A stretch of DNA of 64,000 nucleotides from Eubacteriales bacterium (GTDB lineage: Bacteria; Bacillota; Clostridia; Oscillospirales; CAG-272). The stretch's first letter is position 1; each line of letters opens with the position of its first letter. The stretch is from assembly GCA_045653945.1 (NCBI GenBank), contig JAZOML010000066.1, positions 9,900-73,899 of the forward strand, read 5' to 3'. The notes beneath the pieces were generated by a model. The model did not search any database, had not been told where the DNA came from, and saw only the letters and a list, made by a program, of their open reading frames with translations. Position numbers and translations under genes: made by a program. Shown one piece after another: positions 7,787 to 16,309 of this stretch.

Positions 7787-8986
7787 ATGAAAATATTAGT
7801 TTTAAATGCTGGTAGCTCATCTCTTAAATATCAGCTTTTTGATATGGATAACGGCGACGTAAAGGCAAAGGGTAACTGCGAGAGAATAGGAGCAGGCGGA
7901 ACAATAACACATAAAGTACCGAACACTGAGCCTTATTGTGAGGAAACCGATTTTCCGCATCACGGCGCAGCGCTTAAAAAGGTGCTTTCGCTTCTTGTTT
8001 CGGCTGAATACGGTGTTATTTCCGATATATCCGATATTGATGCGGTAGGACATAGAGTTGCACACGGCGGAGAACAGTGCAGACAGTCCACGAAGGTTAC
8101 CGAAAGCGTTATTAAATACCTTGAAACGATTGTTCCGATAAATCCGCTTCACGGCCCCCCTGCTATTGCAGGTATGAAGGCGTGTCTTGAGCTTATGCCA
8201 AAAACTCCTCAGGTAGCGGTATTTGATACCTCGTTCTATTCTGATATTAAGGATGAAAATTACGTCTACGCAATACCCTATGAATTCTATGAAAATGACC
8301 GAATTCGCCGTTACGGGTTTCACGGAACGTCGCATAGATACGTTAGCACCGAGGCGGCAAGGGTTGTCGGTAAACCCATAGAAGACCTCAAAATCATTAC
8401 CTGCCACCTTGGTAACGGTTCGTCAATAACAGCTGTTAAAAACGGTAAGGCAGTAGATACCTCAATGGGCTTTACCCCTCAGGAGGGAATTGCAATGGGT
8501 ACCCGCTCGGGTACAATCGACCCCACTGTTGTTACCTATATAATGAAAACAAAAGGATATACTCCCGAGCAAATGGAGGATATCCTCAACAAAAAGAGCG
8601 GTCTTCTTGGTGTTTCGGGTGTTTCAAATGACTGCCGTAACATTTCAGCTGCCGCAAACGAGGGCAATCACCGTGCCTCTCTTGCGATGAAAATACTTGT
8701 AAACGGTATTAAAAAGCTTATCGGAGCATACACCGCTGAGATGAACGGACTTGACGTTCTCGTTTTCACTGCGGGAATCGGTGAAAATCAGTGGAATATC
8801 AGAGAGGCGGTTTGTAGGGAAATGTCCTATCTCGGAATTGAGATTGACGAGGATAAAAACACTAATTTTGAAAGGGGCGTCCCCTTTAATATCACAAAAG
8901 ACGGAGCAAAAGTTCAGACGTGGATAATACCCACTGACGAGGAATTTATGATAGCTCAAGACACAAAAAGACTTGCTTTTGAATAA
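7787..8986 (+). CDS. ackA: Acetate (short-chain acyl) kinase
   Basis: 399 aa. Motifs: MKILVLNAGSSSLKYQLF, GHRVAHGG, FHGTSHRYV. Confidence 0.93.
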   Translation: MKILVLNAGSSSLKYQLFDMDNGDVKAKGNCERIGAGGTITHKVPNTEPYCEETDFPHHGAALKKVLSLLVSAEYGVISDISDIDAVGHRVAHGGEQCRQSTKVTESVIKYLETIVPINPLHGPPAIAGMKACLELMPKTPQVAVFDTSFYSDIKDENYVYAIPYEFYENDRIRRYGFHGTSHRYVSTEAARVVGKPIEDLKIITCHLGNGSSITAVKNGKAVDTSMGFTPQEGIAMGTRSGTIDPTVVTYIMKTKGYTPEQMEDILNKKSGLLGVSGVSNDCRNISAAANEGNHRASLAMKILVNGIKKLIGAYTAEMNGLDVLVFTAGIGENQWNIREAVCREMSYLGIEIDEDKNTNFERGVPFNITKDGAKVQTWIIPTDEEFMIAQDTKRLAFE

Positions 8987-9001
8987 GCGGAGGAAATAAA
9001 A

Positions 9002-10447
9002 ATGGCAAACTTCACTGAAGCCGAAATCAAAGAAATAGTAAATAAGGTACTCGCAGGCGTTTCGGCTGCGCCAAGTACCGCTGCATATACAAGCACAACC
9101 TATAACGGTAGACGCCTTATCGGTGTGTATTCCGATATGAACGAGGCAATAGACGCCGCAGAAAGAGGTTATAAAGCAGTGCGCTCAATGACCGTTGAGC
9201 AAAGAGAAAAAATAATTACCGAAATACGTCGCTTGACCCGTTTGGAAGCACCCGTAATGGCTGAAATGGGCGTTGCGGAAACAAAAATGGGTAAGGTAGA
9301 GCATAAGAGATTAAAGCATATTCTTGTTGCTGATAAGACACCCGGAACCGAGGATATCGTATCCGAAGCAAAGACGGGTGATAATGGTCTTACGCTTACC
9401 GAAATGGCTCCTTTTGGAGTTGTTGGTGCGATTACACCAAGTACAAACCCTTCAGAAACGGTAATTTGTAACTCAATCGGTATGATAGCGGCAGGAAATG
9501 GAGTTGTATTCAACCCTCACCCCGGAGCAATCTGCGTATCGAATTACGCAGTTGACTTGGTTAACAGAGCCTCTGCTGCTGCCGGCGGTCCTGAGGTGCT
9601 CGTTTGCTCAATGGATAAGCCTACACTCGATAGTGCTGCTATAATGCAATCTCATCCCAAAATCAAGCTTTTAGTATGTACGGGTGGCCCGGGAGTTGTT
9701 AAAGCAGTTCTTTCCTCAGGTAAAAAAGCAATCGGTGCGGGTGCGGGAAATCCCCCCGTTATCGTTGACGATACCGCCGATGTCCGTAAGGCGGCGAAGG
9801 ATATTATTGACGGCTGTACCTTTGATAATAACCTACCGTGTATAGCTGAAAAAGAGGTGTTTGCATTTGATAGCATCGCAACCGAGCTTATAAACGAAAT
9901 GCAAAGAAACGGAGCATATCTTATCACAAGAGAACAGGCTGAAAAGCTTATCCCCGTTGTACTTAATGAAAAAACAGGCAAAAACGGCAAAGTATCCAAG
10001 GTTGTAAGCCGTGATTGTGTAGGACGTGATGCCGACGTAATTCTTGCGAAAATCGGCATTAACGTTGGTAAGGAAGTACGTTGTATTATTTGCGAAACCG
10101 ACTTTATGCATGATTTCGTTCAGCACGAGCTTATGATGCCTATTCTTCCTATTGTCAGAGTCCGTGATATCGAAGAAGCGATTGACCTTGCAGTTAAAGC
10201 CGAGCACGGCAATAGACACACCGCACATATGCACTCTAAAAACGTTGATAGACTTTCAGCATTTGCAAAAGCAGTTGAAACCACGATTTTCGTAAAGAAT
10301 GCACCTTCGTATGCGGGTATAGGCTTTGGCGGTGAGGGACATACAACCTTTACCATAGCAGGACCGACAGGCGAGGGAATTACGTCAGCTCGCTCCTTTA
10401 CAAGAAAGCGTAGATGCGTAATGGCTGAGAATTTTAGAATAATTTAA
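9002..10447 (+). CDS. CoA-acylating aldehyde dehydrogenase (PduP/EutE type) with an N-terminal encapsulation-like peptide
   Basis: 481 aa. It carries the catalytic NNLPCIAEKE motif and GAGAGNPP. The N-terminus MANFTEAEIKEIVNKVLAGV is followed by a low-complexity linker. Confidence 0.9.
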   Translation: MANFTEAEIKEIVNKVLAGVSAAPSTAAYTSTTYNGRRLIGVYSDMNEAIDAAERGYKAVRSMTVEQREKIITEIRRLTRLEAPVMAEMGVAETKMGKVEHKRLKHILVADKTPGTEDIVSEAKTGDNGLTLTEMAPFGVVGAITPSTNPSETVICNSIGMIAAGNGVVFNPHPGAICVSNYAVDLVNRASAAAGGPEVLVCSMDKPTLDSAAIMQSHPKIKLLVCTGGPGVVKAVLSSGKKAIGAGAGNPPVIVDDTADVRKAAKDIIDGCTFDNNLPCIAEKEVFAFDSIATELINEMQRNGAYLITREQAEKLIPVVLNEKTGKNGKVSKVVSRDCVGRDADVILAKIGINVGKEVRCIICETDFMHDFVQHELMMPILPIVRVRDIEEAIDLAVKAEHGNRHTAHMHSKNVDRLSAFAKAVETTIFVKNAPSYAGIGFGGEGHTTFTIAGPTGEGITSARSFTRKRRCVMAENFRII

Positions 10448-10457
10448 GGTGATAAAA

Positions 10458-11108
10458 ATGAAATATACCGAAAAAGAAATAAAGGATATGGTATCAAAGG
10501 TGCTTGATGCGGTAAACGGTTCAAAAAACGAGCAGGGTAACGTACCCGTCGGCGTTTCTAACCGCCATATACACCTTACGCGTGAGCACGTTGAAATACT
10601 TTTCGGAAAAGGCTACAACCTTACAAAATTAAAGGATTTAAGCCAACCCGGTCAGTACGCCTGTAAGGAAACGCTTACGATTATCGGACCGTCAATGAGA
10701 GCTATTGAGGGTGTCCGTGTGCTCGGCCCCGAAAGAAAACGTTCGCAGGTTGAAATTTCAAGAACGGATAGCTTTACCCTCAAGGTAAAACCGCCTGTTC
10801 GTGAGTCGGGCGACCTTAACGGAAGCGCACCGATAACTATAATCGGTCCTAAAGGTATCGTAACACTTAACGAGGGCTGTATAATCGCAAACCGCCATAT
10901 ACATATGAGCGAGGACGAGGGCGCGGCATTCGGAGTTAAAGACGGAGAATACTGCGACGTCGAGCTTTACGGCGAAAGAAAATCGCTATTTTATGACGTT
11001 CAAATCCGAGTACATAAGGATTTCCGTCTTGAAATGCACATTGATACCGACGACGCAAATGCGTCAGGCGTTGGAAACGGTGCAATGGTGAAATTAATAA
11101 AAAGATAA
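10458..11108 (+). CDS. pduL: Phosphate acyltransferase PduL (PTAC)
   Basis: Start at ATG 10458 after RBS AAGGTGA. Two PduL repeats are present (VGVSNRHIHLT and IIANRHIHMS). The N-terminus MKYTEKEIKDMVSKVLDAV is amphipathic. Confidence 0.9.
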   Translation: MKYTEKEIKDMVSKVLDAVNGSKNEQGNVPVGVSNRHIHLTREHVEILFGKGYNLTKLKDLSQPGQYACKETLTIIGPSMRAIEGVRVLGPERKRSQVEISRTDSFTLKVKPPVRESGDLNGSAPITIIGPKGIVTLNEGCIIANRHIHMSEDEGAAFGVKDGEYCDVELYGERKSLFYDVQIRVHKDFRLEMHIDTDDANASGVGNGAMVKLIKR

Positions 11109-11210
11109 ATTACGCAGTGGCGTAAAGCTCCTTCCCTTTTGGGGAAGGGGGACTGCAAACTCGTAGAGTTTGTGGTGGATGAGGCAATCAAACGCTGATT
11201 TAAATATTAA

Positions 11211-11240
11211 AAAACGGCACCGTTAAAACGGCGCCGTTTT
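11211..11240. terminator. Bidirectional intrinsic terminator between the convergent pduL and DUF1540 genes
   Basis: AAAACGGC...GCCGTTTT stem with A-run and T-run flanks on both strands. Confidence 0.7.
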
Positions 11241-11250
11241 CATTTGTATA

Positions 11251-11451
11251 TTACTGCTTGGGTGCAAAGGTTGCACAGTCTGTGCACTTGCTCTCGGTAG
11301 GATTACCCTCGTGGGTAACAACCTGAATTTTGTCAAGAGAGCAGTAGTTTTCGTTTGTGCAATGGTACTTGCACTGAGTTACGGTGCAGCCGATAGACTT
11401 ATTAGCGGTGTCGCATTTTCCACTTGAGCAGTAGTTTTGAGAATTGTTCAT
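11251..11451 (-). CDS. Small Cys-rich DUF1540-family protein
   Basis: 66 aa from the ATG at 11451, with RBS GAAAGGAAG. The repeated C-x-V-x-x-C-x-Y pattern (GCTVTQCKYHCTNENYCSLDKIQV) is typical of DUF1540. Confidence 0.7.
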   Translation of the reverse strand: MNNSQNYCSSGKCDTANKSIGCTVTQCKYHCTNENYCSLDKIQVVTHEGNPTESKCTDCATFAPKQ

Positions 11452-11701
11452 CTTGAAGCTTCCTTTCAATAAACATAATATTAAAGAAAACGGTTTTGCC
11501 CGATTTCATTTTTTATTATGCTCGGTTAGTGAAGAAAAAATACAAAAATATCTTGTGCAAAATGTACGAAAAAAATAATATATAGTTGTAAAAAAGGTAA
11601 AAGAAATTATTTATATATTAAAATTCATATTTTTTTAACAAACGAAAAGATTGTTTGTGGTAAAATATCACTGTAAAATAATCTCAAAAGGAGAAATATT
11701 C

Positions 11702-13264
11702 ATGAAAATGAAAAAAATGCTCGCTTGGTTACTCATCTTTGCGATGGCGTTTTCAGGTGTTGCCCTCACCTCTTGCGGTGATGAAAACAATAACCGCGAA
11801 AGAGTCGAAGTCGATGAGAGCGATCTTTCGCCGGCTTTTGATGAGGAGGCCAAATACTACGGTGGTAGGTTTAATATACTTACTGTAAACGACGGTTCGG
11901 TTGGACAGTACGGTAACGTACACGATATCGTAGCAGACGGAAACCTCGGTGATGCCGCTATCGTTAAGGTTGTAAGAGAGAGAAACCAACGTATTCAGGA
12001 CAACTTTGGAACTGAAATTAAACGTATAACCGATACTAATCCTCAAGAAAAGGCACAGACTGCTATAAACTCTAAGAGTAATACATACGATGCCTTTAGA
12101 TTTGAGGTAAGCAAATCCCTCACCGTTGCTCTAAATGGTGGTCTTCTTGACCTTAAGAACGAAGCAACGTATCTCGACCTCGAGGAGGATTGGTGGGACC
12201 AGGGTATCACTGATAACCTTATGCTTGCTGACGGCGTTTATATCGCTATCGGCGACCTAATGACAGGTGATAAGGACTCCACTTATATTACACTTTTCAA
12301 CGAAATGCTTCTCGGCACGAAGAACATTATTCCTACCAAGGAAGGTCAGACTCCCAGTGAGTATCTCTATGAGCTCACAATGGACGGCGTTGGTCAGGAG
12401 GGCGGACTTACAATGGAGCTTCTTATGCACTATGCACAGGAAAGCGCTAATGCACCTCGTGATGCAAGTAAGCCCCTTTGGAAAGTTGAAAACCAGACAC
12501 TTGCAGGTAACTACGGCTTTTATACTCAGCGCGATATGGCAAAGGTTATCCTCCTTGCAGGTGGATTTACCTCTACTAAGAAGGATGACGGTGAGCTTTC
12601 CGGACTTAAGTCCAACATTGACTCAACGTTTGCAGATGCTGTTAACGAAGTATGGAACTACTTCGGTAAGGTAACAGGCACGGCTTGGTTTGTAGACCTT
12701 GATGAACATCAGAAGAAGGAAGATGATTTCTGGAACCTTTGTGCTCGTGGTTCGTTCAAGGCTAACAAGGCAACCTTCTTTATGTGTCACGCTGCGACCA
12801 TCGACCTTATCCGTGATATGGATGAGGACTACGGTGTTCTTCCTATTCCGAAGCTTTATGACACCCAGACCGAGTATGCATCTACCCTTCAGTATATGAA
12901 CTGTCCCTGTATCACCGTTCCTAAGCGTAGCGGAAAGAACTTAAACGAAAAGTCTTCCTACATTCTTGAGGCAATGTGCTACTACTCCAGCCAGGAATAC
13001 GCAGGTGAGCAGAGCCTTAACTATAACTACTACAACAGAGTTATGAAGGCAAAGGGTGTTCGTGATGAGAACGCTTGGGGTGTTATCGACCTTATCTTTA
13101 ACAACCGTGTGTATGACCTCGGTTTTGCTCTTAACATTGGAAAAATCGACAGCGGAGTTATAGATGCCGCAACCGGAAAAAATACTGCTACATTTAACCA
13201 AAATAGTTATGATCAATTTGACTTAGAACTTAAAAATAAACTTGAAGTACTTCTTGGTTCCTAA
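11702..13264 (+). CDS. Extracellular solute-binding lipoprotein (sugar ABC-type SBP), no cognate permease adjacent
   Basis: Start at ATG 11702 after RBS AAAGGAGA. Signal peptide with lipobox LTS-C. About 520 aa, the size of large carbohydrate SBPs. The family call is by general resemblance only. Confidence 0.65.
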   Translation: MKMKKMLAWLLIFAMAFSGVALTSCGDENNNRERVEVDESDLSPAFDEEAKYYGGRFNILTVNDGSVGQYGNVHDIVADGNLGDAAIVKVVRERNQRIQDNFGTEIKRITDTNPQEKAQTAINSKSNTYDAFRFEVSKSLTVALNGGLLDLKNEATYLDLEEDWWDQGITDNLMLADGVYIAIGDLMTGDKDSTYITLFNEMLLGTKNIIPTKEGQTPSEYLYELTMDGVGQEGGLTMELLMHYAQESANAPRDASKPLWKVENQTLAGNYGFYTQRDMAKVILLAGGFTSTKKDDGELSGLKSNIDSTFADAVNEVWNYFGKVTGTAWFVDLDEHQKKEDDFWNLCARGSFKANKATFFMCHAATIDLIRDMDEDYGVLPIPKLYDTQTEYASTLQYMNCPCITVPKRSGKNLNEKSSYILEAMCYYSSQEYAGEQSLNYNYYNRVMKAKGVRDENAWGVIDLIFNNRVYDLGFALNIGKIDSGVIDAATGKNTATFNQNSYDQFDLELKNKLEVLLGS

Positions 13265-13280
13265 TATTTAATTTGATAAA

Positions 13281-13316
13281 AAAATCACCCTGCTCAGTTT
13301 GAGTGGGGTGATTTTT
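13281..13316 (+). terminator. Intrinsic terminator
   Basis: AAAATCACCC...GGGGTGATTTTT hairpin plus T-run directly after the SBP stop. Confidence 0.8.
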
Positions 13317-13492
13317 GGTTATAATTAAATAGCTGACAAATGGCAATTTTAAGTATCTGTATCTTTTAATTTGCTTTTTGCTTATCTGGGTAATATATTG
13401 TTAACAATTCGACGTTATTTTTGCAATGATTTTGTACTATACTATAAAAGACTATATTTATTAGTAAAAATTGCTTTTTAATGGAGAATTAT

Positions 13493-15202
13493 ATGAATCT
13501 GTATTTTAATTGGAAAAACCGTGTTCTTGATGATGCTGACCTTAATCGCGAGCTTGACGAAATTGAAGGAAATGAAAAAGAAATTTTTGAAAGATTCCGT
13601 TGCGACCTTGCGTTTGGTACAGGTGGACTTCGCGGTCTTATTGGTGCAGGAACCAACAGAATGAATATCTATACTGTCGGTAAAGCTACACAGGGACTTG
13701 CCGATTGCCTTAATATTCAGAATACATCAGGTAAGGAGCTTTCCGTTGCAATAGCCTATGATAGCAGAAATAAGGGTGAGCTTTTTGCTCGTCGCTGTGC
13801 ATCAATACTTGTTGCTAACGGAATTAAGGTTTATGTTTATTCCGAACTTGCTCCAACACCGGCGCTGTCCTTTGCAGTAAGATTCTATGGATGTGATGCA
13901 GGTATTTGTGTAACCGCAAGTCATAATCCGGCAGTTTATAACGGGTATAAGGTTTATGATGCCGTAGGTTGTCAGATTGGACCTGCTATGGCTGATGTTA
14001 TTCTTGCTCAAATGGACAAGACTGATATATTTGACGGTATAAAAATAAGCGATTATGAAAAAGCGGTAAAGGACGGAAAAATCGTTCTTGTTGATAAAGA
14101 GGTTTTTGAGGCGTTTTTTGAGTGCGTAAAGGGTGAAAGTCTTATCTCTGATGACGTTAGAAATGGCGATGCTCTCAAGATAGTCTATACCCCCTTAAAC
14201 GGCGCAGGAAGGCGCTCTGTTACAACAGTGCTCGCAAGTGAGCCTTGCTATGACGTAACCGTTGTTAAGGAACAGGAAATGCCGGACGGAAATTTCTCAA
14301 CCTGTCCATATCCAAACCCTGAAAATCCGCAGGCACTTGAGCTCGCTCTGGCTCTTTGTAAGAAAACCGATGCGGATATTATGATTGCAACCGATCCTGA
14401 CTGCGATAGATGTCGTGTTGCGGCAAAGACTACGGACGGTGAATATAAGGCTCTTTCGGGTAACGAAACAGGTATTCTGCTTCTTGATTATATTGCCAAA
14501 AGAAAAAATGAGCTTGGTACAATGCCCAAAAACCCCGTTGCAGTAACGACGATTGTTTCAACTGTTATGGCTGACAGGGTTGCCAAAAAGTACGGGATTG
14601 AAATGAGAAGGGTTCTCACAGGCTTTAAGTACATCGGAGAGCAGATAGGACTTCTTGAAAATGACGGACAGACCGACAGATACCTCTTTGGCTTTGAAGA
14701 AAGCTGTGGATACCTTTCCGGAGCTTACGTAAGGGATAAGGACGGAGTAAATGCCGCGCTTCTCGTAAGTGAAATGGCTCTCTATTATAAAAGGAAGGGA
14801 CTTACGCTCGTTAGTGCGTTTGAGGCGCTTTGCAAAGAGCTTGGATACTACAAGGAAGACCTTCTCAACTTCTCGTTTGAGGGTGCTGAGGGGGCTATAC
14901 GTATGAATGAAATCATAGAGGAGTTAAGAAATAATCCGCCTATGAGTATAGCCGGTGATAAGGTTGTAGACGTTAAGGACTACCACAAGGCAGGACTTCG
15001 CGAGGGAGAATTCAATGATGTAACAGGGCTTCCCGACTCCAACGTGCTTGAATTTAACACCGAATCAGGATATAAGGTTATTATCAGACCATCAGGTACT
15101 GAGCCTAAAATGAAAGCATACCTATCTGCAGTAGGTAAGAGCGCAGATGAGGCTCTTGACGTACTTGATAAAATTAGAAATGATAAATTTTTAAAGTTCT
15201 AA
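13493..15202 (+). CDS. Alpha-D-phosphohexomutase (phosphoglucomutase/phosphomannomutase)
   Basis: Active-site loop TASHNPAVYNGYKV and sugar-binding GFEESCGY. About 570 aa. ATG 13493 follows a GGAGA. An alternative ATG lies at 13481. Confidence 0.9.
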   Translation: MNLYFNWKNRVLDDADLNRELDEIEGNEKEIFERFRCDLAFGTGGLRGLIGAGTNRMNIYTVGKATQGLADCLNIQNTSGKELSVAIAYDSRNKGELFARRCASILVANGIKVYVYSELAPTPALSFAVRFYGCDAGICVTASHNPAVYNGYKVYDAVGCQIGPAMADVILAQMDKTDIFDGIKISDYEKAVKDGKIVLVDKEVFEAFFECVKGESLISDDVRNGDALKIVYTPLNGAGRRSVTTVLASEPCYDVTVVKEQEMPDGNFSTCPYPNPENPQALELALALCKKTDADIMIATDPDCDRCRVAAKTTDGEYKALSGNETGILLLDYIAKRKNELGTMPKNPVAVTTIVSTVMADRVAKKYGIEMRRVLTGFKYIGEQIGLLENDGQTDRYLFGFEESCGYLSGAYVRDKDGVNAALLVSEMALYYKRKGLTLVSAFEALCKELGYYKEDLLNFSFEGAEGAIRMNEIIEELRNNPPMSIAGDKVVDVKDYHKAGLREGEFNDVTGLPDSNVLEFNTESGYKVIIRPSGTEPKMKAYLSAVGKSADEALDVLDKIRNDKFLKF

Positions 15203-15232
15203 AAAGAATATATAAATGAAAAGAAGCCGGAA

Positions 15233-16309
15233 ATGGAAAGAGTAGCAATTATAATGGCAGGCGGCAGGGGTGAAAGACTTTGGCCTAAGAGCCGAAAGTC
15301 TTGCCCTAAGCAGTTTCTTTCTTTAGGCGGTGGAGATAAGTCACTTATAGTTCAAACGGTTGAGCGTATGAAAACGCTTACCGACATTAGCAAAATATTT
15401 ATAGTTACGGGCAGAGATTATTTTGATATAACTCACAGGCAGCTTCCCGCTTTGCCCGTAGAAAATATAATTTGCGAGCCAATGGGGAAGAATACTACCG
15501 CTTGTATTGGATATGCGTGTCAGATTATAAAAAAGAGAATGGGCGACGCTATAATGATGGTCGTTCCCTCTGACCACGTTATAAAAAATGTTGATGCGTT
15601 CAAATCAGACTTAAACAAGTGCTGTGAAATAGCAGAACGTGAAAAGCTAATAGTTACCGTCGGTATAACTCCGACAAAGCCTGAAACAGGATTTGGTTAT
15701 ATTAAGCTTTGTAAGGAAAAAGCGATAGAAAATACTACTTTGGCTTGGAAAATGGCAAAATTTGTCGAAAAACCTAACTTTAAGGTTGCGACAAAATATG
15801 TAAACTCAGGTAAGTATTTGTGGAATGCGGGAATGTTTGTTTTTCCTATTAGCTATATGCTGCGTTCCATTAAGAAATACTGTCCTCATAATGCAGCTTG
15901 TCTTACAAATATCGGCAAGGCGATTGGTAAAAAGAACGAGGCGCTTGTTACCTATAATATGTTTGAAAAAATGGAGTCTATATCCATTGACTATGCAGTT
16001 ATGGAGCACGTTCGGGGCAGCATAACCGTTCAGTCTACCTTTGATTGGAACGATGTTGGCACTTGGGCGGCAATTCCCGAAATACAAAAGTCTGATTCAA
16101 ATGGCAACTACGTTACAGGTGAGGTTGCGTCGTTTGAGAGTACAGGCAATATAGTTGAGCTTCCTAGCGGAAAACTACTTGCTCTGCTTGGTGTTAAAGA
16201 TATTATTGTTGTTGAAAGTGGCAACGCAACTCTTGTATGTCATAAGGACTATGCTCAACAAATAAAGGAAATAACCAAGCAGATAAGAGATAGGGCAGAG
16301 TATCTATGA
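15233..16309 (+). CDS. manC: Mannose-1-phosphate guanylyltransferase (no PMI domain)
   Basis: 358 aa. IMAGGRGERLWPKSR nucleotidyltransferase N-terminus and overall ManC-like layout. The stop overlaps the next start (ATGA at 16306). Confidence 0.8.
   Translation: MERVAIIMAGGRGERLWPKSRKSCPKQFLSLGGGDKSLIVQTVERMKTLTDISKIFIVTGRDYFDITHRQLPALPVENIICEPMGKNTTACIGYACQIIKKRMGDAIMMVVPSDHVIKNVDAFKSDLNKCCEIAEREKLIVTVGITPTKPETGFGYIKLCKEKAIENTTLAWKMAKFVEKPNFKVATKYVNSGKYLWNAGMFVFPISYMLRSIKKYCPHNAACLTNIGKAIGKKNEALVTYNMFEKMESISIDYAVMEHVRGSITVQSTFDWNDVGTWAAIPEIQKSDSNGNYVTGEVASFESTGNIVELPSGKLLALLGVKDIIVVESGNATLVCHKDYAQQIKEITKQIRDRAEYL

Noticed and set aside
1-11108. Calling the BMC locus Pdu (propanediol) or Eut (ethanolamine) because of pduS/pduT/pduL/eutP-like genes
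   Set aside because: No PduCDE, PduGH, PduO adenosyltransferase, EutBC or EutA homolog is in the window. The shared genes are generic metabolosome parts. The aldolase and DeoR regulator point to a sugar-phosphate type, subject to what lies upstream of the window.
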